A DNA stretch of 63,880 nt, filler included, from Octopus bimaculoides (lineage: Eukaryota): the NCBI RefSeq assembly GCF_001194135.2. It is 5 parts of 4 records of this genome, joined end to end, with 100 filler letters (N's around TTAATTAATTAA, not from the genome) between each part and the next. Parts side by side here need not be neighbours in the genome. Positions count along the whole stretch, not along the records: positions 1 to 15,978 come from NC_068983.1; 4 more parts are not named here. One strand, written 5' to 3'. Numbering within the stretch: position 1 is the stretch's first letter; each line of letters begins with the position of its first letter. The position numbers were made by a program, and so were the translations under genes. The notes under the pieces are model-generated. The model was not told the DNA's origin and did no database searches. It worked only from the letters and a program-made list of their open reading frames with translations. Shown piece after piece: positions 1 through 10,745 of this stretch.

Positions 1-76
1 TTCCAATAAAGGGATTCCAATAAAGGTACTCCAAAATAAAAGTATTCCAGTAAAGGTATTCCAATAACGGTAATCC
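1..76. repeat. Tandem minisatellite, ~14-bp unit TTCCAATAAAGGTA x5 (probably continues upstream of the window)
   Basis: Units ttccaataaaggga / ttccaataaaggta / ctccaaaataaaagta / ttccagtaaaggta / ttccaataacggta read directly. Confidence 0.85.
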
Positions 77-79
77 AGG

Positions 80-540
80 GCCACAGCAGCAAAAGTTTTT
101 CGGAGGCGAGATACGCCCACAAAAACAACAATTCTCGCACAGTGAGACACAAAAAGTTTTCTTCACTCAAAGTTGCTTTTTTTTTTTTTTTGGCTCGAAG
201 TCAAAACAAAACTTTTCGCTACTGTGGGCAAGCGAACCCGCCTCCCACAAACAGCGAATACAAAATTTGTTCGTACAACGAACACACAAGAAACTCGCCA
301 AGGAAAGCGAAGATGCCACACCGCTGGGCAACAATTTACTAAAAAAATAAATAGAAGTAATAAATTGCTGCCCAGCTGAGCAACAAAAACGACTTCTTCA
401 ATTTTTCCTTCTATAGACAGAGTCGAAAACCATGTCTATCTTCGTTCACAGCACGTAGCCAGTCTGGCGCACATGCGCAATGAGCAAACCGGAAGTAAGC
501 AAGCTACTTACCACACAGCCACTCCTGCGCCTATGTTGAT
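80..540. promoter_or_regulatory. CpG-rich promoter-like segment with an ETS motif (CCGGAAGT, 489-496) and an imperfect NRF1-like GCGCACATGCGCA (467-479)
   Basis: Local CpG/GC enrichment against an AT-rich background, plus both motifs read directly. No transcript evidence. Confidence 0.4.
495..532 (-). mobile_element. Isolated 5' head of tRNA-derived SINE family B
   Basis: gtaagcaagctacttaccacacagccactcctgcgcc matches the ends of family B copies at ~29200-29235 and ~55780-55810. On minus it reads GGCGCAGGAGTGGCTGTGTGGTAAG, an A-box-like head. Confidence 0.8.
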
Positions 541-3067
541 AAAACTTAAATCTATCTCCAAACAAATATTTAGTCAAATCGATGTTGCCGTCTATACCAT
601 TTTTTGTCACATAGCCTAGTAGGTTTCGAGATTATTTTAGAAAATATTTGCTTTAGGTAGCGTTCGACCCTGAGAATCATTGTACGGCGAAGCGAATTCA
701 CAGCATCATGTCATTTTAAATCTCATTCCCGTCTTGAAATTCAAGGGGTGTATGGGTGATCGAGTTGATGAAGTGCTGCACAATCTAGCTAAATAATGCT
801 TTGGGGCTTCTCACTAATGTTCTGGTATATGATTTACTACGAAACTTAAAGACGCCAATATTCACAATTCAATAAGCTGAAAGTAGTTTTCATAATTTAG
901 TACCCCTCAATGATATTTCATCTATTTCATTCTATTCTTTTACAGTATTTAGTCATTTACATGTTGCCAGATTGACGAACAGACATTATGATTATAGTCG
1001 GTTATATCGACCTCAAACATTGCTTTAAACATCCCAGTAACTTGGAAGGCAAATTGGATCTGGGTGGTATTTGAACTGAAGCTTCAACAGTCGTATCCAA
1101 AAACTACAAGAAATTCTGTCGAATCTCCCCCGAATTTTGCAACGATTCATCTGTTATGACTTGCGATTTTAATGAAAACTATCTACGTTGAAGAATCAGG
1201 TGACTCTACTGTCTGCACATTGTTCTCTCTCAACCTACCCACCCAAAATGGAAAGGTGATATGTTGGATGTTCGACTTTGAACTGGTAGACAATGATCCT
1301 TTACGTTCCAGAATTTTTTCTGACACTACATCTCGTGTGTCGATAAATGAATTCCAGTCTATAAAATATAAATATCTTCTTCGGTTGATATAATCGACTA
1401 TGCTACCATAAACAGCTGTGTCTCAGCATGACAACCATAAGCAAAATGCTTCCAACTACAACAATGACTCCCTAGACTAGGTAATAAATGTAAAGAAAGA
1501 ACTTTAGAAAGATACAATTTGGGAGAGAAAACAATTGTAAGGATTATAGATAATACGATATAAGATGTATGAGAAAATAAACTGAACTGATTAACGATAA
1601 TTAATTTATATGTGGGATGGTACACGGTAAAAATTGTCCAGATAACCGATAGCTGTTACTCTAGAAATATTTTACACTGGAGAAAATATTGATCTTATAG
1701 TTAGAAGGCTTGCAGTGCGTTGGTGATTAATGACTGTTATGGACCGGAAAGTGTAGGAATTTTCAACATTCATCATCAGTGTTAACAAGGATATATTATT
1801 CTTACAAGTAAAATTTTTCAGGCATTTCCCTTCACAATAAAGAGAAAAATATTTAATATTTACATTTAAATCATTATTAGATCCTTTACGTGTACATATA
1901 AACTGACTAAACGATCGTTACCAGTTAGTGTAAAGTAACTATATAAAACAATAGCCTAATGGATAAGAACATTCCCATGCGTAAGATTAGATGTAAAATT
2001 TCCAAGTTTGAATCCAGTCGAGTACTAGGTACATATCGTCAAAGAATGAGTCACCTGTTGACGACCGGCAATAAAAAATATCGAAACGTTGTGTAGATGG
2101 ATGATTAATAGTCTGAAAATTATTAACACATTAAGAATAATAATTCCTCTCCGATATTTAAATATTTAGTTATAACACAGTAAAATGGTATGGATGCAAT
2201 ATAGTGACTTCATTAATGGACAAGGAAATATATAAGGATTCCCCCATGGAGAAAGAAAAATTTAAAAACAGAAAGTAAAGAAAAAAAAATGCCACATAAG
2301 TTGCAATACATTTTTTTCTCAAAATTCACATTGCATATTATAATAGTAATTCCATTAAAACTGTCTGGTAAAATCAATGAATATCTTTTGCTCTATGTTA
2401 TCCTCATCAGTAAAATTGCAAAATTCCGTTGACAGAACTAAGACTATATGGAGACACACAGAATGCTCATTGCTGACATTTTAGCGTCTGTGACGCTAAA
2501 TATCAGCGATATATTTGGAGGGAAAGTTCTGCATACTGAATATATGTTAATATAGTAAGATGAAAAAGTGCGATCTGCTCACACTATGCTTTGCTTATAA
2601 AATTTCTTTTCAACAAATCGACGAAAAACAACCTCTGTTAAATAAGTTTAACCATTTTATAAAACTCTGTATACATAGAAAAATTTAGTCCTCTTAATAA
2701 ATTAGGATTAGGGGATATATTACACTGCATGATTAGCAATAATTCAATGCATAATCTATAGGTTTATTCTGTTGTACAGTTTAACATAAAAGCTTATAAT
2801 CAATAATTACAGATATAACGGCAACCATTCTTGAATGTGATGTTAAGTATCACCACTATCTGCTTCATTATAATTATCCTCATTATTACAGCAGATTTCG
2901 CAGTTCAGATCACATCTGTGGAGACGAATATTTTTGGTTTTTGTGTTATCCTTGGATTGTTGGTAATAATAGGTTACAATCAAACATTGGTAATCGATTG
3001 TATCGATTGCGCCCGCTCACAAAATATATGAACTAATTAAAAGAAATTCTTTTCATCATTAAAACAG

Positions 3068-3485
3068 AGAGATGGATTAGCAAAATCGGTAGAGCGTCGG
3101 AAGGAATACCTCATATTATTTGTTCCGTCTCATTATCTAAGCCAACGTCAGTTTTGCGTTTCATCCTTTCAGGATTGTTAAAATACCGATGTAATCAACT
3201 AACATTTCTTTGAAAATTGCTGGTCTTGTACGTAAATTAGAAATAATTATCTTTTATAACAACAACAATAATAATAATAATAATCCTTTCTATTATAGGA
3301 AAATTTGGGAGAGGGGGATAGTCGATTCCATTAACCCAGTACTCAACTGGTACTTAATTTGCCGAACCGAAAAGATGAAAGGCAAAGTTGACTTTGGCGG
3401 AATTTGAACTCAGGAAGTAGCGACGGGCGAACTATTACTATGCATTTTCCCAGCGTTCTAACGATTATGCCAGTTCACCGCCTTA
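3068..3485. mobile_element. Two SINE family A copies (3068-3225 plus, ~3280-3485 minus)
   Basis: Share the core gaaaagatgaaaggcaaagttgactttggcggaatttgaactc with the best copy at 46504-46712. Confidence 0.8.
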
Positions 3486-3491
3486 ATAAGG

Positions 3492-3557
<66 letters not shown>

Positions 3558-3734
3558 GTAATTATTACATTATTTACATTATTTACAATTAAACCTTGGG
3601 AGAGGCATTATGCCGGTAATAAACACACGCACTGGTTCAGTCCTTTATTAATTTATATAGTTTTTTGTTAAATTATTTCATTGCNNNNNNNNNNTTATTA
3701 ATTTATATAGTTTTTTGTTAAATTATTTCATTGC

Positions 3735-3968
3735 ACTCTTGCAATCTCTTCAGTAACTTGTCTCTCCACTTCCATTTACTTTGAATGTATGATCTGGCGT
3801 TGTTTCGGCGTTACACATACGAAATACATTATTTACATTTAACGGATATTTGTCCTCATCTTGTTTGTTGTTAGCACAACATTTCGGCTGGTATACCCTC
3901 CAGCATTCATCAGGTATCTTGGGGAAATTTCGAACCTGGGTTCTCATTCCTAAGGTATTTTTCGATGT

Positions 3969-3970
<2 letters not shown>
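3735..3970 (-). mobile_element. Non-autonomous Penelope-like terminal-repeat fragment carrying a hammerhead
   Basis: Contains a hammerhead core (next feature) and abuts an (AAT)n tract. The family assignment is inferred from the known association of Penelope-like element (PLE) repeats with hammerheads. Confidence 0.55.
3873..3918 (-). ncRNA. Minimal type I hammerhead ribozyme motif, partly decayed
   Basis: Minus: gatac-CTGATGA-at-gctgg-agggtata-ccagc-c-GAA-ATGT-T-gtgct. The core is intact, helix II has 5 bp (GCTGG/CCAGC), helix III is a near-palindrome (ATGT versus ACGT) and helix I is 3 bp (tac/gtg). Confidence 0.7.
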
Positions 3971-4008
<38 letters not shown>

Positions 4009-4019
4009 GCATGGTACCG

Positions 4020-4365
4020 TACCGTAAGCTGCAGGTAGCAATCCCGCTACGCATACAAGACACCAGGAGCGCCAAAAAAAAAAAAAGCCTGTGATACAGA
4101 GAAATAATAATAATAGTGCTCGTGGAAACTGCCTATATCCTACGTAAAATACTGTCTATGCAATCCCAGATTTAAAAACAAACTTATACTTTTCTTATTT
4201 TCTTACACATTCTCTAGAACAATAATTTGTGCAAAATCAAATATATGACACATCGTCATATCTCCAACTTGAACCTCGGACTTGACTTGTTATCTCTTGA
4301 AGTCTCTGGGTGAGACACTTGGAGTCAACATGCACAAATACAAACCAAAAGTCAAACATATAATA
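4020..4365 (+). mobile_element. 3' end of a non-LTR retrotransposon (R4/Dong-like) ending in (AAT)n
   Basis: 4113-4175 translates as IVLVETAYILRKILSMQSQI*, resembling the C-terminal ..GTAxILRxxL motif of restriction-like-endonuclease LINEs. It is flanked by AAT repeats. Confidence 0.45.
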
Positions 4366-4404
4366 ATAATAACAACAACAATAACAATAATAGTAATAGT
4401 AATT

Positions 4405-4629
4405 AATAATCACTTCTACTTTACGAACAAGGTCTGAAATTTTGGGAGACGCGGTAAGTGGATTTCACCGACCCAAGTACTTTATTGGTTCTAATATAGT
4501 ATCGATCCCAGGAAGGATGAATGTCGACTTTGACAGAATTGTAACTCAGATCGTAAAGACGGACGAAATATCACTAAGTATTTTTACCTGGCATGATAAC
4601 GGGTGCTCCATTTCATCGCATTACTACTG

Positions 4630-4708
<79 letters not shown>

Positions 4709-5340
4709 TAATGATAATAATCCTTTATACTGGAAGCACAAAGCCTCAAATTTGTGGGAAGGGATTAAGTCGATTACACCGACCCAGTGCGTAACTGGAA
4801 CTTATTTAATCGACCCCGAAAGGATGAAAGGCAAAGTCGACCCCGGCGGAATTTGAATTCAGAACGTAGCGCAGACGAAATACCACTTAACAACAGCAAC
4901 AACAGCAGCAGCAGGAGTAGCAGCAGTAGCAGCAACAACATCTACAGCAATAGCAATAACAATAATAATCCTTTCAACAATAGGCACAAGGCCTGACGTT
5001 TTGGGGGAGGGGGTAGTCGATTACATAGACCCCAGTGTTACACCGTTTACTTAACTTACCGACCCCATAAGGATGAAAGGGATAGTCAGTCCCAGCGAAA
5101 TTTGAACTCAGCACATAAAGACGGGCAAGATGCCGTTTCTTTTCTACTATAGGCACATGGCATAAAATTTTGGGTTAGGTGTAAGTCGATTACATTGACC
5201 CTAGGGCTTAACTAGTTTTTATTTCATCGACCCCGAAAGGATGAAAGGCAAAATCGACCTCGCTGGAATTTGAACTCAAAACGTGAAGACAGGCGAAATG
5301 CCACTAAGCATTTCACCGGAGTGCTGACGATCCTGCCAAT
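4405..5340 (-). mobile_element. Four head-to-tail SINE family A copies (~4405-4610, 4719-4885, 4966-5135, 5138-5340) separated by TAC/AAT/AAC/AGC microsatellites
   Basis: Repeated core cgaccccgaaaggatgaaaggcaaagtcgac...atttgaactcag in each copy. Confidence 0.85.
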
Positions 5341-5371
5341 ATCAACAACAACAGCAACAACAACAACAATA

Positions 5372-5434
<63 letters not shown>

Positions 5435-5454
5435 GTGGTAATAATGTAGTGTTT

Positions 5455-5590
5455 TTTTTAACATCCTACGCAAAACACTTTCAATACAGTAACCATAAGA
5501 GCATCACAGCAAACCACAGCACATACCCAAGGCGCACAGAGCTGCCCTCGGTAGTGAAGTGAAAGCACGTTATAAAAATAAAACTACTGA
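5455..5590 (+). mobile_element. Second non-LTR retrotransposon 3' end inside (AAT)n
   Basis: 5460-5492 reads NILRKTLSIQ*, followed by a short 3' UTR and an AAT tail. Confidence 0.45.
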
Positions 5591-5614
5591 ACAATAATAA
5601 TAATAATAATGATG

Positions 5615-5820
5615 ATGTCAAATTTTGGCACAAAGACGGCTATCTCGGGGGTGGGGAGATAAGTCGATAACATCGACAACAGTGCGTAACTGGTACATAA
5701 CTTATCGACTCCGAGGTAAAGTCGACCTCGGCGGTATTTGAACTGAGAACGTGAAGACAGACGAAATAGCATTAAGCATTTGGCCCAGCGTGCTAACGAT
5801 TCTGTCAGCTCGCCGCCTTA
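5615..5820 (-). mobile_element. SINE family A copy
   Basis: aaagtcgacctcggcggtatttgaactgagaacg...gctaacgattctgtcagctcgccgcc is the reverse complement of the head at 46504. Confidence 0.9.
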
Positions 5821-5863
5821 TCAACAACAACATTATTGTTATTATTATTATTATTAATAATAG

Positions 5864-5897
<34 letters not shown>

Positions 5898-6647
5898 GAT
5901 AATCATGAGAATAAAAGCACTAGCTTATCATTAAACTATAACATTTGCACGCAGAATATCAGGTTACCGTCCTTTTTGACACCCAATACAGAATTAACAT
6001 AAGAGAAAAAATATAAGCATAATCGTTCATTACAATATTCTTCATCTGTACATCTAAAGCGAAAGGAGTGTATACACGCTCTCTCACACACATACAAACA
6101 CATAAACGAAAGAGGAAAAGTGAGAGGGAACGAAGGAGTGAAAGACAGAGAAACACACACATTGACAAATTGTGAAAGAAATGAATATAATATATATATA
6201 TATATATATANNNNNNNNNNNNNNNNNNNNNNNNNNNNNNNNNNNNNNNNNNNNNNNNNNNNNNNNNNNNNNNNNNNNNNNNNNNNNNNNNNNNNNNNNN
6301 NNNNNNNNNNNNNNNNNNNNNNNNNNNNNNNNNNNNNNNNNNNNNNNNNNNNNNNNNNNNNNNNNNNNNNNNNNNNNNNNNNNNNNNNNNNNNNNNNNNN
6401 NNNNNNNNNNNNNNNNNNNNNNNNNNNNNNNNNNNNNNNNNNNNNNNNNNNNNNNNNNNNNNNNNNNNNNNNNNNNNNNNNNNNNNNNNNNNNNNNNNNN
6501 NNNNNNNNNNNNNNNNNNNNNNNNNNNNNNNNNNNNNNNNNNNNNNNNNNNNNNNNNNNNNNNNNNNNNNNNNNNNNNNNNNNNNNNNNNNNNNNNNNNN
6601 NNNNNNNNNNNNNNNNNNNNNNNNNNNNNNNNNNNNNNNNNNNNNNN

Positions 6648-6696
<49 letters not shown>

Positions 6697-7374
6697 CATA
6701 CATATACATGCATACATACATATACATGCATACATTCATATAAACACATGCATTCGTACATACATATATACATGCACATATGCACATAGACGCAGACTCA
6801 GACATACATACATATATGTATGTAGGGAAGAAAGATAAATTCGAACAAAGAAACGAAGAATTTTAGAAAATAAATCTAAGTAGAAAAGAAACCTGGAAAA
6901 AGTGAAGAAAATACGGATGAAGAAAGCATCTCTGAGTGAATAAAAGAATACCGGGAAGCTGATACGAAATGTAAGAAAAAATGTTCAACCTTTGATAGTT
7001 TTTAGCATCCTTTATCTCAGACACATTTAATATTCTAATATTTAGCTATAGGCTGATAACTAACAATTTCTAAGGCTAAACTTTCATAAACCATGCAGTG
7101 AATAGAATATTCAATATATAATCTCAATGCTAAGATTCCTATAGATCATTCAATATGATAGCGAATTTCGGTTGATCTTTTGATTACGTATGTAAGTACT
7201 TCACACAAGCAGTTACATACATACATAGACACAAATAAACACGCACGAAAAACACACATACATCAAACAAAATTTAAATACACATATTGTAAACACACAT
7301 ACGCACACACACACGCACACACACGTATAGAGGATTAATAACATTTTCAGCATGTATTTTCTTTTCTAAAGAAT

Positions 7375-7414
<40 letters not shown>

Positions 7415-8149
7415 NNNNNNNNNNNNNNNNNNNNNNNNNNNNNNNNNNNNNNNNNNNNNNNNNNNNNNNNNNNNNNNNNNNNNNNNNNNNNNNNNNNNNN
7501 NNNNNNNNNNNNNNNNNNNNNNNNNNNNNNNNNNNNNNNNNNNNNNNNNNNNNNNNNNNNNNNNNNNNNNNNNNNNNNNNNNNNNNNNNNNNNNNNNNNN
7601 NNNNNNNNNNNNNNNNNNNNNNNNNNNNNNNNNNNNNNNNNNNNNNNNNNNNNNNNNNNNNNNNNNNNNNNNNNNNNNNNNNNNNNNNNNNNNNNNNNNN
7701 NNNNNNNNNNNNNNNNNNNNNNNNNNNNNNNNNNNNNNNNNNNNNATAGTTTTAGTATTATTTTTTTTTTACGGAATGCTGTTTTATTTCATGCCAGAAA
7801 ACTTCAGAATTATCCGAGGATTATATAGTTCAAATATTACTATGGCTAAAATTATTACTTTGCAAAAATGGCTCGACATCAAACCGATATATGAACTTTA
7901 CAATATATAATTATGTCACTTTATATTTCGAACACGATTTCTGCAGCAAAGTCAGCCTTGCTGATAAAAGTACACTATACACAATAAGTATGAATACCAG
8001 TAATGTACTTAGAGATGTATTCGTTTCTTATATACACTCGCGTAAAAAAGTAGCTATTGCACAATGTTGAAACGAGATCTTACTGTATTGTATTTACTGC
8101 TAAAATTTTGTTCATATCGCTACTTTTAAAGTATTTATTAAATTTTGGT

Positions 8150-8345
8150 TTCCAATTTTGGCATAAAGCCAGCAATTATGAGGGAGGGGGCTAGCCGATG
8201 ACATCGATCCGGTGTTCAACTGGCACTTATTTTATCGACCCCGAAAGCGCGAAAGTCAAAGTCGACCTTGACGGATTTTGAACTCAGAACGTAAAAACGG
8301 AAGAAAAGCCGCTTAGCATTTTGCCCAACGTTCTAACGATTCTGC
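8150..8345 (-). mobile_element. SINE family A copy
   Basis: Same core and head as the other copies. Confidence 0.85.
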
Positions 8346-8789
8346 TTGCTGTTACACTAAGTATTTGTTAATATTCTTAAATCTTAAAGTCATGACTAAT
8401 ACAAACATATAATATAGATGTCTAACTTTTACTAGTTAAACCCATTTAGTGTGTTTGGTAAATGGATTATTCACTTTAAGGCAACTTGAGTTGTCCTCCC
8501 GGAAAAGAATATTTGAGGGAAGTTCATCTTGTCAAAGTGCGTCTGAGTTGCACTACTGTTAGAAATTAGTTAGGAATGTAAGCTCACTTTCAAATATCAT
8601 AGATTTTACACACACACACGTGTATACCTGTATGTATATATCTGTGTGTAAATATATATATATATATGTATGTTTGTATGTGTGTATGCTCGCGTGTATG
8701 AACCCGTCTGTATTAAAAACATATATACGTTATATATTATTATAATATATATACGCATTATATATTATTTCATTGTTGTATGTAAGCTT

Positions 8790-8985
8790 CAACCGGCAAA
8801 CCGGAAGAATCGTTAGCACGTCAGGCAGAATGCCTTGCTGCATTTCGTCCGTCTTTACGTTATGAGTTCAAATTCCGTTGAGGTTGACTTTATCCTTCAA
8901 CGTTTTAGGTGTCAATAGAAGAAGTACCAGTTGATCATTGAGGGTCGATGTAATCGACTTACCCCTCCTCTAAAATTGGAACCAA
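8790..8985 (+). mobile_element. SINE family A copy
   Basis: gaatcgttagcacgtcaggcagaatgc...gagttcaaattccgttgaggttgactt. Confidence 0.85.
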
Positions 8986-10179
8986 TATTATGTATTAACT
9001 TTCTACAGTTGGTTCGGAAGAATATTCTTCCTAAATCCATATCCGACGATTCTTATTCTTCGCATTTCATTATCAAGAATTGAACTGAATATATTTGGGT
9101 TTTGCTTTGTTTCTTATACACTGACTGAATTTGTATAGTCTTTCCTGTGAAAGGATGTTTTCATGGATAACACCATGCATCAGTAAGGATTTGATCTGTC
9201 TTTCAAAGTTAAATGTTGGTGTTAGGTTTCTGTGTTTTTTAAATATGTTTTTCTTTATGTCAGTAGCCATGAGTGTGTTTGAGTGTTAATTTCGCTATTG
9301 TGTTGGGATATGAGTATAGTTTCCATACTTAATTTTCTGATTTTGTGTAACTTCTTATAAAGCATGTATTTTCCTCTGGTGCTTTTCTATTTGTTACTTC
9401 CATATCTGCTTTCGTGCAATAACTTATTGTTGCAAGGGCATGGGAGGAGCCTTTATGACAGAGTTAAAACGGTCTGTCCAATGTAACAGCTAATGCCCTG
9501 AAGTTTGAAACTTTCAGAGTTTTACTGTCAAATTTATAGATTGCATTCGTTATCTGCAGTTAGCTCGTGGGCTCACATGTTTCTACTGCGTTATTGGTAA
9601 GAAGGTCTTTGGTTTTTGTTTTCGATGAATATTAGCTTCTCAATTGCGTATACCAAACTTTTATCAAGCTGGGCTATTAACAACACTAGCGAATGTTTTA
9701 TACAGTGTTTTCTACAAGTAAGGCGACGAATTCTCATCCAAGGATGTGGCTGACTGCGAATACTCATCTTCGGAAACGCCTAAATAACTGGCGCTCTCGT
9801 TGTCCGCTGCTGAGGTAATCTTTTTTTCTCTCGTCTCCCTTCGATATTTATTGTGTTTGTAAAACAGTACGTCAATAAGGTCTGTTATCTCAGGATGAGT
9901 ACCGCAGTATCTGCCTTAATAACGAGGTAGATGTGTTAGAAATTATATAGAGATATATATTATATAATATGTTGTCCTTCCACACGACTTTATACCATAT
10001 TTCGTTCATATTCACAAATTTTGAAACTCGTTTGCATACGTTTTATATTATGCATAAATGGAACCTAGTGACACATAAAGCAAAGAATAATTTTATTGTA
10101 ATCACGATTTCTTGTAGTGGGTATGATGATGAATGATAGAGTTGAAAATATGATTTGCCTTATCTTCTTTAGTTCTTTT

Positions 10180-10745
10180 TTTTTTCAGTTCAAATCACGC
10201 CATGATTAGCATCGCCTTTCTAGGTTTGATATCCTATATTGCCATTCTAGTGCTGGGACTTGATTTAATAAACTTATCCCTTACCTCATAAAATTTTGAT
10301 TTGTGCGAAATAGTTGCTATTAATAATGTAGAATGCGGCAAACTGACAGGATCGATAGAGCGTCGGGAAAATGCTTTGTAGAATTTCTTTCGGCTCTTTA
10401 GATTCTGAGTTCAACTAATACCTAAGTCAACTATGTTTTCATCATTCCGTGATGATAAAATAAAGACGGTACGACTAACCTCACCCCGTCAAAACTGCTG
10501 ACTTTGCCCCTAAATGAGAGACCACTATTGGCGTAGTAGGATGGGGGAATCGTGAAAGAATGTGGAAAAAATTCCTGCAGCATTTGTTCCAACTATTTAA
10601 GCTCAAGAGTTGAAATCCCGCCGAGATTGACCTAGTCTTTTATTTCATTGGAGTCTATAAAACAAAGCATAATAGGTGAAATCAATATATTAGACTGCTT
10701 CCCCCTTCCAAAATCCTTGCCTCTTACCTATGTTAGAAAACTGAA
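10180..10745 (+). mobile_element. Three tandem, diverged SINE family A copies
   Basis: Repeated ttcaa..cc..ga..ttgac/ctttc..tc..ataaa pattern at ~10188, ~10385 and ~10605. Confidence 0.7.

Noticed and set aside
1172-1393. 73-aa plus ORF and an overlapping open minus frame (DWNSFIDTRDVVSEKILERK..)
   Set aside because: No recognisable homology, only modest splice signals and no way to choose a strand.
3645-3734. 40-bp exact direct repeat (3645-3684 and 3695-3734)
   Set aside because: It straddles a 10-N gap, typical of unmerged contig overlap. The same pattern occurs around the gap at ~51993-52372.
3068-5820. Repeat-spacer periodicity resembling a CRISPR array
   Set aside because: Eukaryotic context, ~200-bp diverged SINE units with microsatellite spacers, and no cas genes.
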